Of a stretch of 33,603 bases of DNA, positions 7,560 through 17,575 are shown in pieces. Made by a program: the position numbers and the translations under genes. The DNA comes from Candidatus Sumerlaeia bacterium. GTDB taxonomy: Bacteria > Sumerlaeota > Sumerlaeia > SLMS01. Below the pieces are notes generated by a model that was not told the origin of the DNA, did not search any database, and saw only the letters and a program-made list of their open reading frames with translations. The stretch's first letter is position 1. Each line of letters begins with the position of its first letter. The stretch spans positions 1 through 33,603 of the forward strand of contig JBBQYG010000026.1 in NCBI GenBank assembly GCA_038208905.1. The letters run 5' to 3'.

Positions 7560-8705
7560 TCACAACCCCAGCGTGCTCTTCAACTCCTCGAAGAAGCTCT
7601 TGTGCCCCGGCTTGATGCTTTCGCCGGACTCCTTGGCGAATTCCACGAGGAGTTCCCTCTGGCGGTCGGTGAGCTTGGTGGGAACCTCCACCACGACGCG
7701 GACGTGGTGGTCGCCGTAGCTGCGTCCGTTGGTGGTGGTGGGCATCCCCTTGCCGCGGACCTTGAAGACCTTGTGGTTGGGGGTGCCGTGGGGGATCTTG
7801 AGTTTCTCCGTGCCGTGGAGGGTGGTCACCTCGATCTCCGCCCCGAGGGCGGCCATGGGGAAGGAGACGGTCTCCTCCTGGTAGATGTCGGCGCCATCGC
7901 GCGCGTACTCGGGGTGGTCCTCGATCTCGAAGCGCACCATCAGATCGCCGCGCTCTCCGCCGACAAGGCCGGCCTCGCCCTCTGCGCGGACGCGTAGCGT
8001 CATGCCGGAATCGACGCCGCTGGGGATGGAGAACTTCACGGTGGACTTGCGCGCGACGCGGGCCTGGCCACGGCACGTTTCGCAGGGGCTCTCGATCGTC
8101 ACGCCGGAGCCGTGGCACGCCGGACAGGCGGTCTCCACGGCGAAGAACCCGCGCGACTGCCGCACGACGCCGATGCCGCGGCACGTGTGGCAAGGCTTGG
8201 CGAGGGTGCCGGGCTTGCAGCCCGATCCCTTGCAGGGATCGCACGTCTCCAGGCGCTCGAAGGTGATCTCCGCGTCCTTGCCGGAGAACGCGTCCTCCAG
8301 CATCATGCGATAGCGCACGCCGATGTCGCGCCCGCGAACGGCGCCGCCGGGGCCGCGCCCTCTGCCGCGGGCGCCCCCCTGGCCAAAAAACGCGCCAAAG
8401 ATGTCGCCGAAAATGTCCTCGACGTCCTGCTGGTGATGGAAATCGTTCCAGGAGAAGCCGCCCTGCCCGAAGGAGGACTTCACCCCATCGTGCCCGAGGC
8501 GGTCGTAGCGCCCGCGCTTTTCCGCATCCGAAAGCACCTCGTAGGCCTCGCTGGCCTCCTTGAAGTGCTCCGCCGCCGCCTCCGCATTTCCCGGGTTGCG
8601 GTCGGGGTGATGCTTCATCGCCTGCTTGCGATAGGCCTTCTTGAGTTCCTCGGGCGCGGCGGTCTTGGGAACCTCCAGCACCTCGTAATAATCGCGCTTG
8701 GCCAT
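7560..8705 (-). CDS. dnaJ: Molecular chaperone DnaJ
   Basis: [11 protein letters not shown]-domain with HPD, G/F-rich region with DIF repeats, four CxxCxGxG-type zinc repeats and a C-terminal domain. Confidence 0.97.
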   Translation of the reverse strand: MAKRDYYEVLEVPKTAAPEELKKAYRKQAMKHHPDRNPGNAEAAAEHFKEASEAYEVLSDAEKRGRYDRLGHDGVKSSFGQGGFSWNDFHHQQDVEDIFGDIFGAFFGQGGARGRGRGPGGAVRGRDIGVRYRMMLEDAFSGKDAEITFERLETCDPCKGSGCKPGTLAKPCHTCRGIGVVRQSRGFFAVETACPACHGSGVTIESPCETCRGQARVARKSTVKFSIPSGVDSGMTLRVRAEGEAGLVGGERGDLMVRFEIEDHPEYARDGADIYQEETVSFPMAALGAEIEVTTLHGTEKLKIPHGTPNHKVFKVRGKGMPTTTNGRSYGDHHVRVVVEVPTKLTDRQRELLVEFAKESGESIKPGHKSFFEELKSTLGL

Positions 8706-8932
8706 GGGGTCTTAATCGTTCCTCGGGGGCGTGGGGGCGGTTGTCGCCTGTATCCATAGGACACAGTCGGGGGCGCCCGGGACTGCCATGCGACGCAAGT
8801 CCGCAAACGCGGGACCACCAAGGGGCCGACTGGGAAAAGCGGCAAGCCGAATGGATGATCCCCCAACCTTGGGAGCCCCTGCGCAGTCTATTCGCAGGAC
8901 AGTCATTACACCCACTTCGGAGGATCAGTAAC

Positions 8933-9889
8933 ATGCTCAGGAACATCACTCTCGCGGCGGCGGTCGCCATGTCCCTCGCCGGGGCGGCGGTAGCGACGGG
9001 CCAGGTTGTGGAGCGCTCCTATCGCAGCGCCTCGGAGGTGACGGCGGCGCCCGCCGGCGGCAGCGGCTACCTTGGCGTGCAGATCGAGGATGGCTTCGTC
9101 AACAACAGCAGCGAGTCCGAACCCTCCCGCTTTCACTGGGGCGCGCGGGTGGCCTCGGTGGTGCCCGACTCCCCCGCCGCCAAGGCGGGCCTGAAGGAGG
9201 GCGACCTGATCATGCGCGTGAACGAGAAGGACATCCGACGGGCCACGGACTTGACCACGGCCATCGCCGCCCAAGCCGCCGAAGCGCGCGTGGGCCTGGT
9301 CGTGCTGCGCAATGGCAAGGAGGAGACACTTTCAGCCCAACTCGCCAAGCGCCCGGAGCCGGGCTCGCAAATGGCGCCTCCCCCGGCGGGTGCATTCGCC
9401 GCGCCACCCGGCGCGATCCCCCTCCCCCCGATGGCGGGCCGAGACCCCTTTGCCCAGATGGAGAGCAATTTCCAGCGCATGCAGGATCAGATGGATCGGA
9501 TGCAGTCCGAGTTCGGGATGCTGCGCGGCGGCCAGTCCCCGGGTGCCGGGTTCACAGGATTCGCCATGAGCCAGACCACGCTGACCATGAGTTCGGATTC
9601 CCGCACGGGCCTCAGCCTTCAAAGCCTGACCCCGCAGCTTGGGGAATTCTTTGGCGCCAAGGAGGGCGAGGGTGTGTTGATCACCGCCGTCGAGCCCGAT
9701 TCGCCAGCGGCGCTCGCTGGACTCAAGGCCGGCGACGTGATCGTATCGGTGGGGGCCGACACCGTGGATGAACCCGCCGCCGCGCAGGCCCTTGCGGCGG
9801 AGGGCGCCGCGGGCGGCGTTGACCTTGGGATCCTGAGGGAGAAGGAATCGAAGACCATTAAGATGGGGCCGACGGCGGGGCCGAGCTAA
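8933..9889 (+). CDS. Exported tandem-PDZ domain protein (no protease domain)
   Basis: GGAGGA RBS, Sec signal peptide, and two PDZ repeats (GYLGVQI...PDSPAAKAGLKEGDLI; GLSLQSL...PDSPAALAGLKAGDVI). Confidence 0.85.
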   Translation: MLRNITLAAAVAMSLAGAAVATGQVVERSYRSASEVTAAPAGGSGYLGVQIEDGFVNNSSESEPSRFHWGARVASVVPDSPAAKAGLKEGDLIMRVNEKDIRRATDLTTAIAAQAAEARVGLVVLRNGKEETLSAQLAKRPEPGSQMAPPPAGAFAAPPGAIPLPPMAGRDPFAQMESNFQRMQDQMDRMQSEFGMLRGGQSPGAGFTGFAMSQTTLTMSSDSRTGLSLQSLTPQLGEFFGAKEGEGVLITAVEPDSPAALAGLKAGDVIVSVGADTVDEPAAAQALAAEGAAGGVDLGILREKESKTIKMGPTAGPS

Positions 9890-9908
9890 GGCGTGTGGAG
9901 GCGATCCG

Positions 9909-9974
9909 ATGGAGAAAATGGACGACATGGACTTGATGGACGTCCATTGTGTCCATCGAGTCCATACCGTCCAC
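9909..9974. repeat. 9-nt-period inverted tandem repeat (ATGGAC / GTCCAT)
   Basis: ATGGAG 9909, ATGGAC 9918/9927/9936, then GTCCAT 9942/9951/9960, GTCCAC 9969. Confidence 0.8.
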
Positions 9975-10056
9975 CTAGTCGAAGTGGCTCCACTGGACAA
10001 ACCTCCGGGCTCCATGCATTGTTGCCTCACAATCCCGGGAGCGAGGAAGGCAGGCC

Positions 10057-10659
10057 ATGAAGTTTTCGAATAAGTTTGGGCGCGGCTTTACCCTGATCGA
10101 GTTGCTGGTGGTCGTCGCCATCATCGCCATCGTGGCGGCCATCGCGTTGCCGAATTTCCTGGAGGCCCAGACCCGCGCCAAGGTCGCCCGCGTGAAGGCC
10201 GACCTGCGGTCGCTGGCCGTCGGACTGGAATCCTACGCCGTGGACAACAATCGCGCGCCATTCGATGGCTATCCCGGCGAACCCCACCGCGGCTGGGTGA
10301 ACTCCTGGGCCCGCGTCACCACGCCGATCGCCTACATGACCGCGATCCTGGTCGATCCATTTCAGGACCCGACATTCGCCGATACCACCGAGCCGGGGAA
10401 TTCCCACTTCCTGGAGCCGCTGGAGAAGAAGAACCACACCTACGACTATGGTTCCGCCGCGTGGCACGACGTTGCCGCGGGCGCCTCGCCCGGCTTCTTC
10501 AACAACTTCGGCCACAGCGCGTGGAAAATCGGCAGCGCCGGGCCCGACCTCCGCTTCGACGCGCCGGGGAGCTTCTATGGCATGGACAAGCTCTACGATC
10601 CGACCAATGGCACGCGGTCGGAGGGCGATGTCTATCGGTCGCAGAGGGGGCAGAGTTGA
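10057..10659 (+). CDS. Prepilin-type N-terminal cleavage/methylation protein (pseudopilin-like)
   Basis: G|FTLIELLVVVAIIAIVAAIALPNF class III signal, with C-terminal SAGPD and YDPTNG motifs. Confidence 0.9.
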   Translation: MKFSNKFGRGFTLIELLVVVAIIAIVAAIALPNFLEAQTRAKVARVKADLRSLAVGLESYAVDNNRAPFDGYPGEPHRGWVNSWARVTTPIAYMTAILVDPFQDPTFADTTEPGNSHFLEPLEKKNHTYDYGSAAWHDVAAGASPGFFNNFGHSAWKIGSAGPDLRFDAPGSFYGMDKLYDPTNGTRSEGDVYRSQRGQS

Positions 10660-10673
10660 CGGAGGTAATCGTC

Positions 10674-10741
10674 GCCGCTGATCACGCGGAGGACGCGGAT
10701 GCATAGTTCCGCCGAACCGCATCATCAGCGTGATCAGCGGC
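10674..10741. repeat. Inverted repeat with 9-nt-period arms
   Basis: Perfect 14-bp arms gccgctgatcacgc (10674-10687) / gcgtgatcagcggc (10728-10741), related to the 3375-3452 element. Confidence 0.7.
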
Positions 10742-10796
10742 TCCTCCGGCCATTTCCCATTGCCGCCGTTCCCGCTGCTCCGCCCCATCGGGAACC

Positions 10797-13700
10797 ATGA
10801 AGCCCCCCGTCCGCCACAATCGCCGGAGTTCCAAGACACGCCGCGCGTACCGGCGGACGTTTCGGCGTGTGCGGTTCTACCTGCCGCTCGTCCTGTTGCT
10901 GCTGGTTTCGATGGTGATTTTCCTGCCGGTGTCGGGTCCGTGGCTGCTGGGGCGGGTGGAGTCGGAGTTGCAGGGCATCCTCGGCAAGGATATCTCCGTT
11001 GATCGCGTGGAGGTGACGCTGGCGACGGCGTCGGTGGAGGCGCTGGGCGCGACGCTGAAGAACGTGGACGGCGGGGAGGACTTCCGCCTGGGCCGCATCG
11101 CGCTGCGCGGGACGCCGCGGGGGATGCTGGCGGGCGGCGGCGGTTGGCCCGACCGAATCGTGGTGGATGGCTTGCCGCCGCTGGAGCTTTCCCGCGGCGA
11201 GGGCGGCAAGTATGGCCTGCGCGGGCCGTTCCTGACCTTGGTGGAGACGATCTCCGCCCTGCCGGAGCGCGGGTCCGATGTGCCCGCCGATCCCGCGAAG
11301 CCATCGCGCACGATGGGCCGCACGCCCGAGGTGGTGGTGCGAAACCTTCCCGTGGAAATCGAAAGCCCGATCCCGGGCCGCCCCGCCATACGCGCCATGA
11401 TCGACGAGGTGCTGATCGCCGCACGCCCGTCCCGCGATTCGCCGGTGCGCCTCGCGCTCAGCGGCGTCGTGATTTCCGACACGCTGGACAAGCTGATCCT
11501 GACCGGACTGTATTTTCCCAAGGAGCGCCGCCTGACGGCGGAGGGCTCGCTCTCCTCCGCGGGGATCGCGTTCTCGATTCCGTCGCTGGGGCCATTCTCG
11601 GCCCGCGTGCGGGAGCTGGCGGTGCAGATCGACGGCGATGTGAGCGACGAGAACAGGATCACGGCCACCCTGGGCGTGAAGGCCGGGCGCTTCGAGCTGG
11701 CGCGCGACCGCGTGGGCGGCGAGCGCTGGAGCGACGCGCCGCTCGAGCTGCGCGTCTCGGGCGAGTTCTTCCGCGCGGAACAGCGCTTCGAATTGAAGGA
11801 GTTCTCCGCGCTCGGCGACCATGTGGACTTGTCGGTCGATGGCTCCCTGCGGCTCGACCGCGCGCTGTCGGGTCGCGTTCACGCGCAAATTCGCAAGCTG
11901 CCGGAGGAGGCGCTGGCCCTTGGCCGCGGAGAGCTGACCGGGCGCCTTGGAGTGGAGGTCGAGGCGACCTCCACCTCGCCGACGCTGAACCTGGAAGTCC
12001 GCGCCAGCGGCGAGTTTACCCGCCCGTTGGAGATGCAGGCGGAGGCGTCGCTTCGCGCCGCCGGGTGGCGGGTTCATTCGGCGATCCTTCCGCATCCGCT
12101 GGACGTGAAGAGCGTGGACGTGATCGTATCCACGGACCAGCTCCGCGTTCGCGACTTGAAGCTGGAACTCGGCGGCGCGCGACTCTCCGGTTCGATGGAC
12201 GTGCCGATCACCAACCCCGCGGAGCCGAAGTGGGGCACGGCGCGCGTCCGCGTGGAGGGCGATTCGGAGGCGGCGTTCGACCTGCTCTCGCGCCTGGGCG
12301 TGGTGCCGGCGGAAATCACCGGGCTCAATCTGCCGCTGAATATCGACGCGGAGGGCGGCATCGGCCTGACGCGCACGGGTACCGACCTCCTGAGCGCGCC
12401 CCGGGTTGAAATCGACCGATCCTCGCTGGCGGCGTCGGTCTCGTGGAAAGCCGGCTCGATGGAAGCCCGTGCCCTTCCCGATGCCATCCGGGTGGAGCCC
12501 GGCAGCCTGCGCATCGACGGGCGCGAGGCCGCGATCCAGAGGCTCGCGATCAATGCCTCGGGCATCGACGTGGGCGTATCGGGAACACTGAGGGGCGATC
12601 TGCTAAATCCCCGCGCCGACAACCTTTCCTACGATGGACGCCTGACCACGTCGGGGCGTTTCGAGGCTTTGATCCCATTGCTGGCGCGCCTGACGCAGAT
12701 CCCCAGCCTTCCCGAAGACCTGCGCGGGGGATACCTGGCGGAGTTCGATGTGGAGACGCGGCTCGACGCGCTGGCGGCGGCCACCTATCGCGCGCGCCTG
12801 GTGCTGGAGGGCGTTGGCGCGACGGTTCCCACCAAGTACCGACCCGTGCCAATTTCCGATCTCTCGGGAGAGATCGTCCTCGATCCCGAGGTGCTGGAAC
12901 TGCGCCGCATCCACGCCCGCATCGTGGACCCCGAGGGTGGCAACTCGACGATCGATTTCAGCGCCGGCGTGACCGCGGAGCGCGTACGCGTCGATGTCGG
13001 CGTTCAGTCGAATCTCGAATACCTTTCGCTTATCCTTCCCAAGGATCTGAAGGACCTGTACATGGAGGGGCCGCTTCCCGCGTCGGGGTGGCTGAGCATC
13101 GCGCCGGCCAAGCCCCTGCCAGAGGGCCCCGACCTGCTGCGCCGCTGGATCGCGCTGATCAAGTCCAAGCCCACGATCCACCACAAGCTTGCGGCGGACC
13201 TGATGGTGGACTACGAGTTCGCGTATATGCAGTCGGAGCCGATCACAATTTTTCCACGGGATTTCCCCGTGCGCATGACCAATATGCGCGGCACCGCGGT
13301 CGTCACGCCGGAGGGCATCCGCGTCCGCGACGCGCGGATCGACGCGGGCTCGGCAAAGGACCTGGTCGGCGATGCGCTGGTCGAGCTGGGCCGCCCCGCA
13401 CGCATCACCTTCGACGTCCGCGCGGACCATTTGGACGTGAATGAATGGACCGACGGCTGGGGCCAGCGCGAGTGGTCCAGCTATCCCTACTCCTTTCCGC
13501 CCCGATGGAAGTCGATTCCCGAACCCATCCAGAAGGTCATCGTACAGGGGACAATCCACACCAAGTCGATTCGCTACATGAATTTCGACGGCGGCCCGAC
13601 CAGCGGCAAGTTGACCTTCGAGGCGTGGAGCCGCATCCCCAACAAGCTGATCATCGAGGACATGAAGGTGGAGGCCTTTGGCGGCGACGCCGACGGACGG

Positions 13701-14309
13701 ATGGACTTCCTGATCACGCCCGGCGAGCGCCCGACCATGACCCTGCGCGCGAACCTCCGCGACATGGAGATCAAGACGTTCCTGGACGCTCTCCGCCAGA
13801 AGGACCAGTCGCTCGACGGAAGGCTGACGGGCGACCTGAACTTCCATGGCCAGCTCAAGAACTATCCCTCCTACAAGGGCGACGCGCGGTTTGCCGTGCA
13901 GCGCTCCTCGGTCATCGGGTCCGTGATCCTCTACTATGCGAAGGAGTTCCTTGACCTGGCCAGCGGGGGCGAGCCGCGCAACTCCCTGATGGAGGGCCTC
14001 GTCTCCATGGCCGACGAGAAGATCCACTTCAACGCGCTCAAGATCACGAATCCCGCGGCGAACCTCCAGGCCAACGGGCACATCGACTTTCGCGGGCGAC
14101 TGTTCTTCGACGTGACGGCCAACATCCTGGGCAAGCAGATCGGTCGCATCCCCGGGCTCGGCTGGATCAGCAAGCCGATCGGAAAGCTTACCGACGAGGC
14201 GTTGTCCTATCGCGTAAGGGGGAAGCTCGGCTCGCCGGAGTACTACCCGGTGCCGTCTCTCCTCCTGAGCCGCGACCCCGAGGCCGAGGCCGAGGTGAGA
14301 GCCCCGTGA
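10797..14309 (+). CDS. Large AsmA-like (AsmA_2/YhdP/TamB-superfamily) protein
   Basis: Single N-terminal TM anchor, then about 1100 aa of alternating beta-strand pattern. AsmA-type C-terminus (LQANGHIDFRGRL...IPGLGWI...YRVRGKLGSP). Confidence 0.7.
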   Translation: MKPPVRHNRRSSKTRRAYRRTFRRVRFYLPLVLLLLVSMVIFLPVSGPWLLGRVESELQGILGKDISVDRVEVTLATASVEALGATLKNVDGGEDFRLGRIALRGTPRGMLAGGGGWPDRIVVDGLPPLELSRGEGGKYGLRGPFLTLVETISALPERGSDVPADPAKPSRTMGRTPEVVVRNLPVEIESPIPGRPAIRAMIDEVLIAARPSRDSPVRLALSGVVISDTLDKLILTGLYFPKERRLTAEGSLSSAGIAFSIPSLGPFSARVRELAVQIDGDVSDENRITATLGVKAGRFELARDRVGGERWSDAPLELRVSGEFFRAEQRFELKEFSALGDHVDLSVDGSLRLDRALSGRVHAQIRKLPEEALALGRGELTGRLGVEVEATSTSPTLNLEVRASGEFTRPLEMQAEASLRAAGWRVHSAILPHPLDVKSVDVIVSTDQLRVRDLKLELGGARLSGSMDVPITNPAEPKWGTARVRVEGDSEAAFDLLSRLGVVPAEITGLNLPLNIDAEGGIGLTRTGTDLLSAPRVEIDRSSLAASVSWKAGSMEARALPDAIRVEPGSLRIDGREAAIQRLAINASGIDVGVSGTLRGDLLNPRADNLSYDGRLTTSGRFEALIPLLARLTQIPSLPEDLRGGYLAEFDVETRLDALAAATYRARLVLEGVGATVPTKYRPVPISDLSGEIVLDPEVLELRRIHARIVDPEGGNSTIDFSAGVTAERVRVDVGVQSNLEYLSLILPKDLKDLYMEGPLPASGWLSIAPAKPLPEGPDLLRRWIALIKSKPTIHHKLAADLMVDYEFAYMQSEPITIFPRDFPVRMTNMRGTAVVTPEGIRVRDARIDAGSAKDLVGDALVELGRPARITFDVRADHLDVNEWTDGWGQREWSSYPYSFPPRWKSIPEPIQKVIVQGTIHTKSIRYMNFDGGPTSGKLTFEAWSRIPNKLIIEDMKVEAFGGDADGRMDFLITPGERPTMTLRANLRDMEIKTFLDALRQKDQSLDGRLTGDLNFHGQLKNYPSYKGDARFAVQRSSVIGSVILYYAKEFLDLASGGEPRNSLMEGLVSMADEKIHFNALKITNPAANLQANGHIDFRGRLFFDVTANILGKQIGRIPGLGWISKPIGKLTDEALSYRVRGKLGSPEYYPVPSLLLSRDPEAEAEVRAP

Positions 14310-15508
14310 CCGCGTGGCGCGACCGACTGGCGCGCGCAGCCGATCATCGGCGCCGCAACGCCCTGGAGCGCGCCCTGCGCCCCGTGGCGCCCGCTGGCGA
14401 CGGACGCTTGACGATGGGCGGAAAGCCCCTCATCGACCTGTGCAGCAACGACTACCTCGGCCTTGCGCGGCATCCCGCCGTCGTCGAGGGCGCGCGGCTG
14501 GCGCTCGAGCGCTACGGCGCCGGGGCCCGCGCGTCGCGCCTGATTACCGGGAACTACGAACTGCTGGAGGAGCTGGAGGCGGAACTCGCCGCGTTCAAGG
14601 GGACCGGGAGCGCGCTCGTCTTCCCCAGCGGCTACCAGGCAAACCTCGGCCTGCTCTCGCTCCTGATCGAGCCCGGCGACGCGGCGTTCGTGGATCGGCT
14701 GGCCCACGCCTGCCTGGTGGATGGCGTGCGGCTCTCGGGCGCGCGGCTCCGAGTGTTTCCCCACAACGATGTGGCAAGGCTGGGCGAGCTGCTGGCCGCC
14801 GCGCGCGACGCCCCCGCCCGCTGGATCATGGCCGATGCCGTCTATAGCATGGATGGCGACGTGGCCCCGCTGGGGGAGCTTCTCGCCCTTGCGCGCGAGC
14901 ACGACGCCACGGTGATTCTGGACGATGCCCACGGCACCGGCGTCATGGGAGCAACCGGGCGCGGCACCGCGGAGGCCCTGGGGATCGACCCCCGCGCCGA
15001 GTCCGACCGCCTGATCATCGTGGCCACGCTCAGCAAGGCCCTCGGCTCCCAGGGCGGTGTGGTGCTGGGTCCACGAGAGCTGCGTGAGGGGCTGCTCAAT
15101 GCCTCGCGCCCCTTCGTGTATTCCACCGGCCTGGCCCCCGCAGCGGCGGGAGCGGCGCTGGCGGCGCTCCGCATGATTCAGGGCGATCCCGCCCGCGTGG
15201 CGCGCCTGGCGGAGTTTTCGGCCAGCGCGCGCGATGTCCTGGGCCGCGCCGGGCTCGACCTGATGGGGAGCCAAACGCCGATCCTGCCGATTCTGATGCG
15301 CGATCCGTCGCTGGCTGTGGAGGCGTCGCGGGCGCTGCGGGAGGACCACGGCATCCTCGTCCTCCCCATTCGCCCGCCCACGGTCCCGCGCGGCACCAGT
15401 CGCCTAAGGGCGACGATTTCGCTCAATCAAGATGGGACGACCCTGATGGATTGCTGCGAGCAAATTGTCCGGGTGTGCCAATCCCTGTTGCCGCGTGCGG
15501 GGTCATAA
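14306..15508 (+). CDS. bioF: 8-amino-7-oxononanoate synthase
   Basis: CSNDYLGL, GARASRLITG, SGYQAN, DRLAHACL, VYSMDGD, DDAHG, TLSKALG (PLP Lys) and IRPPTVPRGTSRLR motifs. Confidence 0.88.
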   Translation: MTAWRDRLARAADHRRRNALERALRPVAPAGDGRLTMGGKPLIDLCSNDYLGLARHPAVVEGARLALERYGAGARASRLITGNYELLEELEAELAAFKGTGSALVFPSGYQANLGLLSLLIEPGDAAFVDRLAHACLVDGVRLSGARLRVFPHNDVARLGELLAAARDAPARWIMADAVYSMDGDVAPLGELLALAREHDATVILDDAHGTGVMGATGRGTAEALGIDPRAESDRLIIVATLSKALGSQGGVVLGPRELREGLLNASRPFVYSTGLAPAAAGAALAALRMIQGDPARVARLAEFSASARDVLGRAGLDLMGSQTPILPILMRDPSLAVEASRALREDHGILVLPIRPPTVPRGTSRLRATISLNQDGTTLMDCCEQIVRVCQSLLPRAGS

Positions 15509-15563
15509 GGGAGGCTCGCCCGCGTCGCCAACCTCCGACGATCCATTGGAACAACGAATCACC

Positions 15564-15998
15564 ATGAGCCTGTTTTCGAAGATTTTTGGCAAAAAGGAAC
15601 CTGCCCAGCCAGCCCCGGCCCAGAAGGCCGAAGACCTGAGCCAGGAGAAGACCCACCGCGACGCGTGGGAGAGTGTGGGCTGGGTGCCCCAGGAAATGGC
15701 GCCGGGCGAGGGCCTTGTCCTCTACAACTCCGCCGACCGCCCCACCTTCCTCGATGTCCGCGAGGCCCATGAACTGGAAACCGAGGGCTACATCCCCGGC
15801 AGCATCCATATCCCAACGGGCGAATTGCCCACCCGCTATGGCGAATTGAAACCCGGAAAACCCGTGATTGTCTATTGTGCAAGCGGAATGCGCAGCATGG
15901 ACGCGGGCGCCTTCTTGCTAGAGAAGGGCTTTGAGAGCGTCTCCAACCTGAACGGCGGCATGTCGCTCTGGTCGGGTCCGCGAGAGGGACGCAAGTAG
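15564..15998 (+). CDS. Rhodanese-like domain protein
   Basis: LDVRE, GYIPGSIHIP, active-site YCASGMRS and NLNGGMSLW motifs. Confidence 0.9.
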   Translation: MSLFSKIFGKKEPAQPAPAQKAEDLSQEKTHRDAWESVGWVPQEMAPGEGLVLYNSADRPTFLDVREAHELETEGYIPGSIHIPTGELPTRYGELKPGKPVIVYCASGMRSMDAGAFLLEKGFESVSNLNGGMSLWSGPREGRK

Positions 15999-16048
15999 CA
16001 GTTGGCGTATTCATCGGCGAAGTTGCTAACCACGCAAGGAGCGGTGCG

Positions 16049-16657
16049 ATGAAATCTCGATCAATGGGAATGGGGGTCGCGCTGATGGCGGCGATTCTCC
16101 TTCTCGGAACTCAGGGGGCCCCGGCACAGCGCGCCGTGGATCGGCCCACCCAGCGCACCCAGCCCGCGGCCCAGCCCCCCCGCGCCCCCGCGGCGGCACC
16201 GGCAGCCGGGCAGCGCGGCGCGGCCAGCCTTGGCACTGCCTACGCCAAGCGCGCCGGCGTCGAGGTCAAGCGGACCACCGAGCGCACCTCGCCCAACGTG
16301 GCCACGCTGAAGAGCGGCGAGGCCGTGACCGTCCTTCTCAAGGACGGCGCGCGCCTCAAGGTCCGCACCGCGGGCGGCGCGGAGGGCTTCGTGGCGGCGC
16401 TCAACATCGCCAGCACCCCCCCGGCGCAGACCGGCTCCAGGTCGGGCATCATCATCGCCGACAATATGTCCCCGGGAGAGCGGCAGAACGTCTCCTCCGT
16501 CCGCGGGCTCAGCCCCATGGCCAAGGAATACGCCCTGGCCGCGCAGCTACCCGAGAAGGCGACGCGTGACGTGGAGAAGATGGAAGCCAACGGCAAGTCG
16601 GTCTCCGCCTCGGCCCTGAGCACATTCCTCAAGGAAGGTCAGGTGGTGGCACCATGA
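16049..16657 (+). CDS. Exported SH3 (SH3b)-domain protein
   Basis: AAGGAG RBS, signal peptide, Pro/Ala linker, SH3b-like VATLKSGEAVTVL...LKVRT...EGFV and a C-terminal VRGLS segment. Confidence 0.7.
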   Translation: MKSRSMGMGVALMAAILLLGTQGAPAQRAVDRPTQRTQPAAQPPRAPAAAPAAGQRGAASLGTAYAKRAGVEVKRTTERTSPNVATLKSGEAVTVLLKDGARLKVRTAGGAEGFVAALNIASTPPAQTGSRSGIIIADNMSPGERQNVSSVRGLSPMAKEYALAAQLPEKATRDVEKMEANGKSVSASALSTFLKEGQVVAP

Positions 16658-17544
16658 AGGCATTCCTCCTGGCAATCGGAGTCGCCGTAACCGCCGCCGC
16701 CTTGGCGTCATGCTCCTCCTCGACAGTGGCGGCACTTACCGAGACCGGCGTCCGCGCCACCGGTGGAGAGCCGGAAAAGGCCCGCGCCGTCGGCCAGTCC
16801 GCAGGTCAGTTCGCCGGATCCTTTGCCCCGCTCCCCTGGGAGACCGAGTACGCCATCGGCGGCGGCATCGCGCTCAAGTCTTTCAGCGAACAGGGGCAGC
16901 TCCACCCCAGCGACCAGTTGCAGGAATACGTGACCAAGGTTGGCCTGGCCATCGTCGCCAAGACGCCGCGCGCCGGATTCCCATTCGCCTTTGCCGTTGT
17001 TGACCGCGACGACGTGAACGCATGGGCCGCCCCGGGCGACTATGTGTTCATCACCGCGGGCGCCATCCGCGCGATGGAGGACGAATCGGAACTTGCCGGC
17101 GTCCTCGCCCATGAGATCGCCCACGTCACCCGCGGCCACATGGTCCGCATGATGCAGAACACCCAGCGCTTTGCCGCCATCGCCCAAGGCGTCCAGGCCG
17201 GGCTGGAGAAGGACATCCCCCAGCTTACCCAGACCGTGGACTTGGGCCACACGATCATCTTCGAGCGTGGCCTCGACAAGGACATGGAACTGGAGGCCGA
17301 CACGCTCGGCGTCGAATACGCCGCAGCCACGGGCTACGATCCACAGGGGCTCTATCGCTTCCTCACCCGGCTGGAGCAGCGCTCCACCGGCAAGGGAGGC
17401 GGCTGGCTGACCTCCACGCACCCGCCGCTCAACACGCGCATCGCCGGCATCCGCGCCAAGATTTCCAACGATCTGGTGGGAATCGACGGCGCCGTGGCCA
17501 AGGAACGCTTCCAGGCAATGACGGCTAAAGCCCTGGCACAGTGA
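16654..17544 (+). CDS. M48 family zinc metalloprotease, lipoprotein
   Basis: Lipobox LASC, VNAWAAPG, ELAGVLAHEIAH, ELEAD, GYDP and STHPP motifs. ATGA overlap with the SH3 gene. Confidence 0.92.
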   Translation: MKAFLLAIGVAVTAAALASCSSSTVAALTETGVRATGGEPEKARAVGQSAGQFAGSFAPLPWETEYAIGGGIALKSFSEQGQLHPSDQLQEYVTKVGLAIVAKTPRAGFPFAFAVVDRDDVNAWAAPGDYVFITAGAIRAMEDESELAGVLAHEIAHVTRGHMVRMMQNTQRFAAIAQGVQAGLEKDIPQLTQTVDLGHTIIFERGLDKDMELEADTLGVEYAAATGYDPQGLYRFLTRLEQRSTGKGGGWLTSTHPPLNTRIAGIRAKISNDLVGIDGAVAKERFQAMTAKALAQ

Positions 17545-17575
17545 CCGTGGCGGCCAACCATCCCGGGCAGCGCCC

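Noticed and set aside
8770-8850. c-di-GMP (GEMM) riboswitch or CIRCE upstream of dnaJ
   Set aside because: gacgcaag and gcaaac fragments occur in the wrong order without the stems, and there is no TTAGCACTC-N9-GAGTGCTAA.
7513-8970. 485-aa Arg-rich ORF overlapping dnaJ, and extended N-termini of ORFs 1012-1911, 4873-5505, 8741-9889 and 15465-15998
   Set aside because: Alternate-frame or upstream read-through artefacts. Downstream starts fit RBS, signal peptide or domain boundaries better.
9909-9974. CRISPR array or ncRNA gene
   Set aside because: Units are 6 nt with 3-nt spacers, there are no 25-40 nt repeats with unique spacers, and no cas genes are present.
14306-15508. Serine palmitoyltransferase
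   Set aside because: Motifs DDAHG, TLSKALG and IRPPTVP fit BioF better than SPT (DEAHS, TFSKS).
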